IMG/VR virus record: IMGVR_UViG_3300045993_000394
Source: an uncultured virus (IMG/VR IMGVR_UViG_3300045993_000394)
Lineage: Duplodnaviria > Heunggongvirae > Uroviricota > Caudoviricetes
Reading direction: 5' to 3' (one strand)
DNA length: 63,700 bases
Notes under the pieces: generated by a model
What the model saw: only the letters and a program-made list of their open reading frames with translations
Databases searched by the model: none
What the model was told of the DNA's origin: nothing
Shown here: piece by piece, positions 26,131 to 34,783 of the stretch
Layout of the letters: each line of letters opens with the position of its first letter
Numbering within the stretch: the stretch's first letter is position 1
Program-made: the position numbers and the translations under genes

Positions 26131-26170
26131 TTCATACCCCGGTCACCAGATAGATTCTGGGCCGGGGCAC
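26131..26170 (-). promoter_or_regulatory. CCCCGG-hairpin + TAT element, copy 5
   Basis: Minus: GTGCCCCGGCCCAGAATCTATCTGGTGACCGGGGTATGAA. Confidence 0.55.
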
Positions 26171-26190
26171 TGCTTGCCCGATTCTGCCGT

Positions 26191-26688
26191 CTACACCACC
26201 TGCTGGAACCCGTACCCCATCTTCAGGGCGAGCGCCTCGATGTAATCCTTGGCCTCCTTCAGGCCCAGGATGTTGTACTGCTTCCGGAACGTCGTGATGG
26301 CGGTGATCTGCTTGCCGCTCCGGATCAGGTCCTCGACCTCCAGCGAGAGCGGGACCGCGAAGCACCCCATGAGCGCCTTGAGCAGGGTGACGTTCTGATC
26401 CTGCAGACTCCGGACCTTCGCGTTGGACGACGCGAGGTTCACGTACAACGCCTTGATCGTCGCGTCCTTGGCCCGCATGCTGTCCTCGTGCTGCTGCGCG
26501 CCCACCGTTTCCTCGACTTCGGACTCCTTCAGCGCCAGCAACAGGGCGGACTTCGCCAAGTGCAGCGTGGTCGGCTCCGACGCACGTTCGTAGTCGATGT
26601 CGCGGGCCAGCGCGTCCACCACCTCGTTCAGGTTGTGGCAGACCTGCTTCGTCACCTCTTTCATGCGGATCAGCTTTTCCTCGTGCAT
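26191..26688 (-). CDS. Coiled-coil protein with C-terminal ribosomal L7/L12-CTD-like motif
   Basis: GKQITAITTFRKQYNILGLKEAKDYIE matches the bL12 KI..IK..R....GLKEAKD.VE pattern; AAGGAG SD. Confidence 0.75.
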   Translation of the reverse strand: MHEEKLIRMKEVTKQVCHNLNEVVDALARDIDYERASEPTTLHLAKSALLLALKESEVEETVGAQQHEDSMRAKDATIKALYVNLASSNAKVRSLQDQNVTLLKALMGCFAVPLSLEVEDLIRSGKQITAITTFRKQYNILGLKEAKDYIEALALKMGYGFQQVV

Positions 26689-26808
26689 CTTGTACTCCTT
26701 CCCCAGGTAAAGATACTACGGGCCTGGAACTCAGTACCTAGTAGTTTCCCTAGGTCGCAAGTTCCAGGCCCGGTCGGTTTGTCCCCCGACCGGGCCACCG
26801 CAAAGGCT

Positions 26809-27327
26809 CTACGTTCCCCGCAGGCGCTCGTTCTGTTGTTCGTATCTCCACGCCAACCGCCGGGACATGGCCTCGTCCAGGTTCAGCTGTGCGTTGGCGT
26901 AGTCGCGCACCTTCACCGTCGAGTCCTGCTGGCTCACGTACGCGTTGCGAGCCAGCACCATCCGCTCCCGGTTGTAGATGACCGTGGCGTCGAGCCACCG
27001 GGTGATGGCTCGCTTGCCCGACGACATCATCTTGTCGGACAGCGCGATGAAGTATTGGCTGTGGGCCAGCTGGTCCAGTTCCGTGGTCGTGTTGAGCCAG
27101 TAGATCTGCCCCAGCATTTCCTGGCGCATCTCCTCGTGCTTGGCGATGTTGCGCAGCGCCAGGGACACGAGCCGGGTAATGTCCTGGACGATGGACTCAT
27201 GGAACGAGTCCATCTGCAGGAGCAGCTGACAGGAGTGGGCGGTCGGGACACAGAACTCGCTGTCCTTCAGCCAATTGTCCATCGCGATGAGGCGCGCGCG
27301 CGCCTCATCCACCGTGTTTTCCGTCAT
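26809..27327 (-). CDS. Hypothetical protein
   Basis: Start follows the 48 bp repeated leader; GC3-biased. Confidence 0.7.
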   Translation of the reverse strand: MTENTVDEARARLIAMDNWLKDSEFCVPTAHSCQLLLQMDSFHESIVQDITRLVSLALRNIAKHEEMRQEMLGQIYWLNTTTELDQLAHSQYFIALSDKMMSSGKRAITRWLDATVIYNRERMVLARNAYVSQQDSTVKVRDYANAQLNLDEAMSRRLAWRYEQQNERLRGT

Positions 27328-27372
27328 GGTACACCTTTCTGGTTGACACACTGGGAACGCCCCAGCGGGCCT
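27325..27372. repeat. 48 bp gene-leader repeat, identical to 32352-32399
   Basis: catggtacacctttctggttgacacactgggaacgccccagcgggcct in both; diverged copy near 33913. Confidence 0.9.
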
Positions 27373-27428
27373 CATAGACTGCGGGGACCGGCGGTAACCC
27401 GCCGGGTCCCCTTACTGCGTCGCTTGTG

Positions 27429-28352
27429 CTACTTGACGAAGCGCTGGAAGACCTTCAGCACCTCGTCGGGCGTCAGGACGCTGTACGAGCCGTCCTTGTT
27501 GCGCGGTGATCCGCCGATGGACGACCCGCCGCCCCACTGCGCGGCGAGGTCCTGCTGCGGGTTCTTCTCCTGCTCAGCCACGGCCAGCGCCCCCAGGATG
27601 GTCTTCGTGTCGAACTGCGACACGTCGGTCACCGGGCGCACCAGCGACCCCGGTCCCAGGTCACCCGGCATGAGGTCGCTCTTCTTCGCCACCGTGTACT
27701 GCTTCGTACCGCCCCGTCCCTCCTGGTAGAGGAAGCCGATGCAGAACCCGGTGGCGTACAGGCTGTCGAAGCCCGTCTCCGACTCGACCGGCTGCCAGCC
27801 GGTCTTGAAGAACCAGCCGAAGCCCTTGCCCGGCGGGCTCTTGAAGGCCGACCGCTCGGCGGGCTTCTCCAGCGTCCCGTCGAGGTAGCCGTCGACCATC
27901 GACAGGCGGGACCGGAGGAAGTCCAAGTCGTGGCTCACCTTGAGCCACGGTCCCCACCCCAGCATCCCGTGGAGCCAGTGGGCCTTGAACAGCGGTCCGT
28001 GGGCGTCCACGAGCCCCACGGCGTCCACCAACTCCACCACCTTCTGCTCTGTCGCCCGTTTCGGGTTCAGGAGCAGCCACACGGACAGCACCGTGTCCGC
28101 GTCGACGTCATTGACGTAGACGCCGGTGCCGCCGTCGATCGCGTCCGCGAGGCCCAGGATGAGCGCCTCCCGCACCTGCTGGCAGGTCGCCTTCGTCACC
28201 AACCGCAGGCACCCACCGTGGTGGTCGAAGCTGAACTTCCGGTTGGCCGGGTCGATCTGCGGTCCCTGGACGTAGCCGTCCAGGGCGATGCTGTTGGCGG
28301 GCAGCTCGTTGAAGCTGACGACGTGACCCAGTGCGAACATGATTTGCGACAT
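27429..28352 (-). CDS. Putative DHH-like phosphoesterase
   Basis: IALDG, FDHH, NDVDAD, WGGG..IGGSPR; AAGGAG SD. Confidence 0.55.
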   Translation of the reverse strand: MSQIMFALGHVVSFNELPANSIALDGYVQGPQIDPANRKFSFDHHGGCLRLVTKATCQQVREALILGLADAIDGGTGVYVNDVDADTVLSVWLLLNPKRATEQKVVELVDAVGLVDAHGPLFKAHWLHGMLGWGPWLKVSHDLDFLRSRLSMVDGYLDGTLEKPAERSAFKSPPGKGFGWFFKTGWQPVESETGFDSLYATGFCIGFLYQEGRGGTKQYTVAKKSDLMPGDLGPGSLVRPVTDVSQFDTKTILGALAVAEQEKNPQQDLAAQWGGGSSIGGSPRNKDGSYSVLTPDEVLKVFQRFVK

Positions 28353-28388
28353 TGTGCTCCTTTGCTCGGTTAAGTTGAACCGGCACCC
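28349..28388. repeat. 40 bp gene-leader repeat, identical to 29217-29256
   Basis: acattgtgctcctttgctcggttaagttgaaccggcaccc (contains SD and start codon). Confidence 0.9.
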
Positions 28389-28482
28389 CAAGGAAGTCCC
28401 CTGGTATGAAGAGCCCGGTTGCCCCGGCTACTCATACCAAGACCCGACGCCTCGTCGTCGGGATCCTGGCTACTACAAGGTT

Positions 28483-28671
28483 TTACTTCGCCTTCAGCAG
28501 CGGCAGCTGCTGCACCGCCAGCGTCTCCGCAGGGCACGAGAGGACGACGAAAGATTCCGCCACTTCCCGCGCCTGCGCCTCGCAGGACGCTTCGACAATG
28601 GCCTGCGGCATGAAGCTGCCGCAACTGCCGTCGAGGCAGTTGTACGACCCCGCCACCCAGAACTGGGTCAT
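28483..28671 (-). CDS. Small hypothetical protein
   Basis: Lies between repeated intergenic modules; AAGG SD. Confidence 0.55.
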   Translation of the reverse strand: MTQFWVAGSYNCLDGSCGSFMPQAIVEASCEAQAREVAESFVVLSCPAETLAVQQLPLLKAK

Positions 28672-28742
28672 GATTGCACCTTGCCGGGTATGGTGTCCCG
28701 GCACCCTAGGATCCGCCCTAGTTTGTAAAGTCGAGTGATTGC

Positions 28743-28788
28743 CCCGACTGTACAAACCAGGACCCGACGCCTCGTCGTCGGGCCTAGT
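28743..28788. repeat. 46 bp intergenic repeat, identical to 29294-29339; core hairpin also at 28441-28462
   Basis: cccgactgtacaaaccaggacccgacgcctcgtcgtcgggcctagt; a 26 bp repeat also at 28698-28723 and 29248-29273. Confidence 0.9.
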
Positions 28789-28815
28789 TACTTCAGGTTC
28801 GCTACTCGGTCAGCC

Positions 28816-29220
28816 TCACCGGATCTCAACCTGAGCCAGCTGCGCTCGGAGCGCGGCCACCTTCGCCATGTTCTGGGCGATGGCCTCGACGAACTCCGTC
28901 ACGAAGTGACGGGAACCCACGACGGCTCCGCAGTCGTACTGAAGCCGTGGTTTCAGCGCCTCAACGTAGCGCCCGGTGGACAACGACATGCCGCCTTCTT
29001 CAAAAATGGCCATGTCCAGGCACGAAGCCTGGGACAGCACGGAGACGTTTTCCCAGCTGACAGGCTTGACCGAAACGACGATACGCGTCCCGCCAAGGTC
29101 CAGGAGCAGCTTCTCCCAGACCTTTACCGGCGCATATCCTTCCGGTGGCATGTACTTCACCAGACCGGCCAGATTCTCCTTGGCCGACTTGGTGAAGTCG
29201 TACGACTTCGTTTTGTACAT
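28816..29220 (-). CDS. Hypothetical protein
   Basis: AAGGAG SD in repeated leader. Confidence 0.7.
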   Translation of the reverse strand: MYKTKSYDFTKSAKENLAGLVKYMPPEGYAPVKVWEKLLLDLGGTRIVVSVKPVSWENVSVLSQASCLDMAIFEEGGMSLSTGRYVEALKPRLQYDCGAVVGSRHFVTEFVEAIAQNMAKVAALRAQLAQVEIR

Positions 29221-29345
29221 TGTGCTCCTTTGCTCGGTTAAGTTGAACCGGCACCCTAGGATCCGCCCTAGTTCATAAAGTTGAGCTTTACAGCCCGACT
29301 GTACAAACCAGGACCCGACGCCTCGTCGTCGGGCCTAGTAACTCT

Positions 29346-29720
29346 TCAGCATCCTCCACAGTAGTCGCACTCCATTTGCGTGGTGCTTGCGATGCAGCCG
29401 CACCACCCGCAGAGCCCTGCCGGGTAGTTCCAGAGCGCCCGCACTTGGCGCTCCGAGAAGAACCCGAACGAGTCGTACCTGCACTCGTCCTTGACGCTCC
29501 ACCCAACCGGTTCGTCACGCATGGACACGAACTTCGTCCATTTGGTGAACGAAGCGTACTTCTCGTCCTTGTGGATGGACGAGAAGTGCGCATACCCATA
29601 GGCAACTTCCATCGCGAACGATAAATCCGTCCACATTGGAGTGCCATCCTTGTGGGGTGGCTGAGCGGTGGCTTTCGCCACCTCCTCCTCCACCCACAAG
29701 GGCATTTTGAACTTCTCCAT
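29346..29720 (-). CDS. Hypothetical protein with C-terminal CxxC..CxxC
   Basis: AGGAGG SD; CGWCG...CDYCGGC. Confidence 0.7.
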   Translation of the reverse strand: MEKFKMPLWVEEEVAKATAQPPHKDGTPMWTDLSFAMEVAYGYAHFSSIHKDEKYASFTKWTKFVSMRDEPVGWSVKDECRYDSFGFFSERQVRALWNYPAGLCGWCGCIASTTQMECDYCGGC

Positions 29721-29815
29721 TGTGCTCCTCCTGACGCCGGGACAACCCCGGCAAGTCTTATATAAACGGCCCCCACAGGTAACCCTGGGGAGGCCCCTAG
29801 TCTCCGTCTCAGCCT

Positions 29816-30022
29816 TTACAAACGATTCGTCATTGTCTCGACGGACCAAACGAACGGTCCGAAGAACATCAGACAAACCGTAATGGGCAGCATGAACGGC
29901 TGAGTCACAACCGACCACGCTTCCGCGAAGCTCTGGCTGAATGGAGCCATCGCGGAGATTGTCCCCAGCATCAGATAAAATGCCAGGGACAGCCCAAGTG
30001 CGAACTTGGTGCCGTTGCTCAT
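29816..30022 (-). CDS. Small membrane protein (two hydrophobic segments)
   Basis: AAGGAG SD; FALGLSLAFYLMLG and FMLPITVCLMFFGPFVW. Confidence 0.65.
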   Translation of the reverse strand: MSNGTKFALGLSLAFYLMLGTISAMAPFSQSFAEAWSVVTQPFMLPITVCLMFFGPFVWSVETMTNRL

Positions 30023-30116
30023 CTCTCTCCTTTCTGATCACCGGGTAACCCCGGCAGTCTTATATCTTACCGCCTCCCTAGGTAACCCTAGGGAGGCCCC
30101 TTGCCCCGCTTTGAAA

Positions 30117-30443
30117 CTACATCGCGTTGATGTACGCCACGACATCAAGTCCCGGCAACACCTGCCGGGTAGGCGTCCTCTGAACCACTTTCATGTGGGC
30201 CAGACCCTGAGGCAGGCTGTACGGCAGGGGGCAGCTTCCCGCCATATTGCTGCGCTCGGTCCCCACCAGCCACTTGTCACTGCCCTTTAGGAAGGGCGTG
30301 ACAGAAGTGACCCGCGCGTACGTCTGGTCTACACCAGAGCGTACGAACAGCACGTCCCCCGCACAGAGGGCGAGCTTGTTCACGTCCTTAGTTTCAAGGA
30401 CGATGATCCAATCGCTCTTGATGCGAGCTTGCACGTAGTGCAT
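30117..30443 (-). CDS. Hypothetical protein
   Basis: AAGGAG SD. Confidence 0.65.
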   Translation of the reverse strand: MHYVQARIKSDWIIVLETKDVNKLALCAGDVLFVRSGVDQTYARVTSVTPFLKGSDKWLVGTERSNMAGSCPLPYSLPQGLAHMKVVQRTPTRQVLPGLDVVAYINAM

Positions 30444-30788
30444 CTTGTACTCCTTTCTGCCACTTTCGGGTGTGGCGACCCTTTATACACGCCCTTGGGT
30501 AAACATCCCAGGCACGTGTCATTAGCTGGTGGGTCTAGCTCTCGTACCGGTGGCCAGCGCCCCACTCACGGTACACCGAAGTCCGTCTCGGGTAGTTGTC
30601 CCATTCACAGGGAGTGATTACCCTGTGGTTAGAGACACGGACGGGCTCTTATCCCCGTCTTTGCGTCAGGAGGGCGTGGTAGTCCCCGCTCACACTCCTG
30701 ACGTTGCTTCTCATCCGCAGCCGCACCACCGCCCCGAACCGGGGCAGTGGCACCCTCCTGTACAAGCGAGGGTGTCGACCTTGTGGGA

Positions 30789-31127
30789 CTACAGACCGCA
30801 GTGCTCGCAGTCGTCCCCGTTGTGTTCGCAGCGCTCGCAGCAACCGCAACCACCGGCCGCTGCTAGCTTCTCTTCGCACGCGTCGCATCGCGTGCCATAC
30901 GGGAGGGAAACGATCCCGCACAACGGGCAGGTGCCCGTGAAGAGCACCGAACCGTCGACGATGCGATCCTCCACCTCCCGCTGCAGGTTCGCCCACTTCG
31001 CGAACTCTGCAACTACGGAGATCATGCGTGGAGCTTCCCACGCACTGCGAAGCGGGTCTGCTGTCCGCTTCACGGATATACGCGCCTCGATTTCGGCCAT
31101 GGTGAACTTTTCGTCCACCCAAGCCAT
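30789..31127 (-). CDS. Cys-rich hypothetical protein
   Basis: AGGAGG SD; CPLCG, CDAC, CGCCERC, CEHC. Confidence 0.65.
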   Translation of the reverse strand: MAWVDEKFTMAEIEARISVKRTADPLRSAWEAPRMISVVAEFAKWANLQREVEDRIVDGSVLFTGTCPLCGIVSLPYGTRCDACEEKLAAAGGCGCCERCEHNGDDCEHCGL

Positions 31128-31168
31128 CAATCGCCTCCTTCCGACCGGCAAGGCGCAGCCGATGGTGG

Positions 31169-31474
31169 TCACAGCGACCACCCCCATTCCGCCGCCAACT
31201 TCTTGGCGGCGGTCCGGTCCCCCTGGTTCCAGAGGTCGCGGATGGACTTCGCAGCCACCGACTTCACGGACGACCACGCCGGGTAGTACCAGCGCCGCCA
31301 CATGGGAGCTTCCTCCCCCCCGACGCATATGACCGCCACGTTGCCGCTGCTCGCGAGGATCCAGCCTTCGGGTCCGCAGTGATCCCATGGGGACTCATTG
31401 ACCACCTGGATGGTTCGGTACGGTATGCCGGTGACCTCAAATACGCGTTTCCTGAACTGCTTCCTCGTCTCCAT
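31169..31474 (-). CDS. Hypothetical protein
   Basis: AAGGAG SD. Confidence 0.65.
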   Translation of the reverse strand: METRKQFRKRVFEVTGIPYRTIQVVNESPWDHCGPEGWILASSGNVAVICVGGEEAPMWRRWYYPAWSSVKSVAAKSIRDLWNQGDRTAAKKLAAEWGWSL

Positions 31475-31645
31475 TGTGTACTCCTTTGCCCAGGGTCTTG
31501 GGTGGGCGTCCCATACTACGCTTGCTGGCCTGGATCGCGTGTTTATGCGGCTCCAAGCTCAAAAGTTTGGCCCGTAGTCCACGGGCCGGGAGTCCACAAG
31601 TAATTCTTAACGTCCGTTGTAAACTACGGACGGTACCACCCCTCT

Positions 31646-31930
31646 CTAGATCGAGAAGAGGTTGTACTTCAGCCCCACCTGACGCCAGACCTGGACGCGG
31701 ATGCCATCCTCCATCCACACGGTGACGACACTGTTGGGGATCTCCAGCTCCTGCCGCTCGGTGGCCAGCTGTTGCATTGCCGCCACCTCACGCGCCATTG
31801 GCGCGTGGGTCGAGTAGCTGTGGGGTAAGTACGACACCCCTGCAGCTGCCCTTTTGTTGTCGAAGGCCAGGACCGCCGCCAAGTAGGCGGCGTCGGTCTC
31901 CAGTTTCTTCACGAATTGATTTTCTGTCAC
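31646..31930 (-). CDS. Hypothetical protein
   Basis: AAGGAG SD before GTG. Confidence 0.65.
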   Translation of the reverse strand: MTENQFVKKLETDAAYLAAVLAFDNKRAAAGVSYLPHSYSTHAPMAREVAAMQQLATERQELEIPNSVVTVWMEDGIRVQVWRQVGLKYNLFSI

Positions 31931-32114
31931 GATTGCTCCTTGTTAACGCATCGGGTCAACCCGATAGCGTTTCATATAAACCATGTAACGTGACTTTACA
32001 ATAAAGAACTTGAGGTGGGTTATATAAGATATCTAAAGCTTAGTTTTATAGTCGACAGCCTCCCCAGAGTAACCCCTGGGGAGGCCCCCAAATACCCGCG
32101 TGAAACAAATTCTG

Positions 32115-32354
32115 CTACTGCAGGCCGATGAACCGGTGGAAGTAGCCCACCACCATGAGGATGTGTTGGTTGTGCTTGGGCACGCGGCGGATCGGCGCAT
32201 CCATAATCCAGTTGCAGACCCGTCCACGGAGGGTGGCGGGGGCGGAGCCCCACACCTCCAGGAGCTTGTATCCCCAGACCCGCACCGACTGCGTGGCCAT
32301 GTACCGGGCGTACTGCTCCCGGCAAACCCGGTCGAACTCAGACGTTGAAACCAT
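32115..32354 (-). CDS. Hypothetical protein
   Basis: Start follows the 48 bp repeated leader. Confidence 0.6.
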   Translation of the reverse strand: MVSTSEFDRVCREQYARYMATQSVRVWGYKLLEVWGSAPATLRGRVCNWIMDAPIRRVPKHNQHILMVVGYFHRFIGLQ

Positions 32355-32704
32355 GGTACACCTTTCTGGTTGACACACTGGGAACGCCCCAGCGGGCCTA
32401 ATACCGGTTCCCAAAGATGTTCGCAATACCCGCTGGCGCATGCCTCGGGATATTGGAAACCCAACAAGGTGGGTTACCGCCTACCGGTAGGCGTGCCTGG
32501 ATAAGGTCCAGGCCCATATTGGGGTTTGTGTTCCACGTGGAACATTGGGCTATCCCCGTACCCATTGGACATCCGGCGGGTAACCCCGCTGACATCCACG
32601 GCCTGGACCGGTGATTTCGACCCCCGGTCCAAATGTCATTAGACCCCGGTCGTACAAGACCAAGGTCCAGTAAATTGATATGTTGTATAATCGTACAACA
32701 ATAC

Positions 32705-33256
32705 ATGACCCCACAAGAACATAGAGTCTGGCTCAATGATCTCAAGTCAACCACACCATGTAAGATGTGTCTCAAGACGTATGAACCTATTATGATGGAA
32801 TTTCACCATCGGGACCCGGCTGATAAGACCGCCAATGTCTCTAAGTTAATAAACTCCAGGACTAGTCTAACGACCATCCTAGACGAGATCGATAAATGCG
32901 ACCTCTTATGTTCAAATTGTCACAGGAAGTTATCCCATGAATCTGGTCACGGGAAGATAAGAAAATCTAAAATTTATAAGCAGCAGTCCACCCAGCGCGT
33001 AAAAGACTTACAACAAATGAATCTGCGTCTTAGGCAGGAAGCGCTAGACCTGCAGGACTTAGTTCATAGTCAAACAGCTAGAATAAGAGAACTCGAACTA
33101 TCGTTACGTGAATCCACTAGAGTCATACAAGACCAACAGCTTAAATTATATGGTGTTCAAATCCCGGTAACCCGGCCACCACAGGCTGTTATATCTCCCA
33201 GCTTGAGAATGGATAAGCCTAAGTTCATAGGCGTGGACCCGCTCCATTGCAGGTAA
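32705..33256 (+). CDS. HNH endonuclease-like protein with coiled-coil tail
   Basis: PCKMC...EFHHRDP..K..VS.L...EIDKCDLLCSNCHRK; AT-rich and opposite to flanking genes. Confidence 0.85.
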   Translation: MTPQEHRVWLNDLKSTTPCKMCLKTYEPIMMEFHHRDPADKTANVSKLINSRTSLTTILDEIDKCDLLCSNCHRKLSHESGHGKIRKSKIYKQQSTQRVKDLQQMNLRLRQEALDLQDLVHSQTARIRELELSLRESTRVIQDQQLKLYGVQIPVTRPPQAVISPSLRMDKPKFIGVDPLHCR

Positions 33257-33525
33257 CTCCGGGACTTGGAACCCGGTCCATAGGTAACCCTATGGAGGCC
33301 TTACACCCTCTCGGGTGTCCTCGGTTTTTGTGCGGGATGGCTAGTATCGGCAGTGGTAGTCGCACACCACCATACCGATACCCCAGATGACTGCGACTAC
33401 ACCGATAACGATCATCGGTCACTCCTTGTTGGCGAAGGTCGGTATTGACCTTATGCCGACAGGTCAAGCCCCCCACTCGCGATGAGTGAGGGACTTGACC
33501 TGGTTAGAGGATACTAACTACTGAC

Positions 33526-33915
33526 CTACTTGGCGCCCCAGGCGTTCTTCCGCGCCTTCTCGGCGCGGGACGGGATGGGGGTGAAGTTCTGCAGGAGGCC
33601 CACGATCTCCACCTCCTGGGCCTCGTCGGCGCAGGACAGCTCCTCCCCGAAGCCCCAGCAGCTCTTCCCCGTGGGGAGGATTCGGAGGCCGACGACGCCG
33701 CCACGGCGCGGGATCAACCCGTGGACCGTGTACAGCTTGCCCACCTGGCGGACGACGGTGCCGATCTGGCAGCCGTCGTCCTCCCGAGCCCAGATGGTGT
33801 GGGTGTCGGCCCCGACGCAGGCCTGCAAGAAGGAGCCGATGGCCGGGGCCTTCGACATCTCCTCGATGATCTGCTGGAAGGACTTCTTGGGGGCGTTGTT
33901 GTTCTCGACGGACAT
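33526..33915 (-). CDS. Hypothetical protein, first gene of the GC-rich leftward block
   Basis: Leader similar to the 48 bp repeat; GC3-biased. Confidence 0.7.
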   Translation of the reverse strand: MSVENNNAPKKSFQQIIEEMSKAPAIGSFLQACVGADTHTIWAREDDGCQIGTVVRQVGKLYTVHGLIPRRGGVVGLRILPTGKSCWGFGEELSCADEAQEVEIVGLLQNFTPIPSRAEKARKNAWGAK

Positions 33916-34087
33916 GGTACACCTTTTGTGTACCCATTGGGAACGGGGATGGGTACCTGACCCCGGCGGTTAAGGGAGATATGGGAGATAGAAGCATGGC
34001 TTCGACCTCCCTCCCTCCCGCCCCGCACACCCCGCTGTCAGACGGGGACCGGGAGGGGGTCGAAAGTGGTATGGATTTATATATTGA

Positions 34088-34175
34088 GATGACGGTTTAT
34101 AGATACCGTTCCCAAGGAACCGGTCCGAAGTTAGGATGAGTACTAGGGTCTGGATGACGGTTTATAGATACCGTT
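34088..34175. repeat. 23 bp direct repeat pair (34088-34110, 34153-34175) at the GC/AT boundary
   Basis: gatgacggtttatagataccgtt twice; each has an internal acggt/accgt inverted repeat. Confidence 0.85.
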
Positions 34176-34545
34176 AGTCTATTACTTGCACCTGCATTTT
34201 GTACCACTGTTCAAACTTTTTTATGGCGGCGGTAAGCTTCTTATTGTCTTCTATGTACCGTTTCTGTATTATTTCTCTAAAGTCGCCTTTGGCGGAGCCA
34301 GCCAAATCGCGCATGTCGCCTAGCGCCTTTATAGCGCCATTCAGGTACTCTTGCATTTGCTTGAAGTCTTTATTCTCTCCGCTATTTACATTGAATATTA
34401 TCTTGTTGATAAAATGAGAGAGGCTTTCACACTTTTCTATCTCACTATGCGGTTTTTCTCTTATAGCGTACTTGAGATGAGGATTGACTGCGTATATATT
34501 GTTGGAGATAGACCTAGCTGCTAATCTTATACCGTTAGATTTCAT
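34174..34545 (-). CDS. Hypothetical helical protein
   Basis: 123 aa AT-rich ORF. Confidence 0.65.
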   Translation of the reverse strand: MKSNGIRLAARSISNNIYAVNPHLKYAIREKPHSEIEKCESLSHFINKIIFNVNSGENKDFKQMQEYLNGAIKALGDMRDLAGSAKGDFREIIQKRYIEDNKKLTAAIKKFEQWYKMQVQVID

Positions 34546-34557
34546 ACAAAAATAATT

Positions 34558-34767
34558 ATGAACTTATTCAATTCTGGACATATGGGTTGGCTTACTTGCT
34601 CTCTTTGTGGAGCCAAGCGTACTTTATTTGGACCTTGGTACTTGCACAAGACCATACCTATAACCGTGTGCGATCCCGTGGAGAAGAGAGAACTCGTAGC
34701 TTGGCTTAGACGGGAAAGAGCTAGGCTTACCTTTGAAGAAGCAAGACAATGGCTAGATGACGAATAA
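34558..34767 (+). CDS. Divergent HC3-family-like protein
   Basis: H...CSLCGA...VCD...QWLDDE. Confidence 0.55.
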   Translation: MNLFNSGHMGWLTCSLCGAKRTLFGPWYLHKTIPITVCDPVEKRELVAWLRRERARLTFEEARQWLDDE

Positions 34768-34783
34768 TAACAAATTATTTTAT

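Noticed and set aside
17138..26170. Integron attC sites
   Set aside because: No RYYYAAC/GTTRRRY ends, shorter than typical attC, and no integrase seen
26122..27729. 535 aa plus-strand ORF and other long antisense ORFs in the GC-rich block
   Set aside because: Shadow frames of GC3-biased minus-strand genes that have clear SD sites; they run across intergenic repeats
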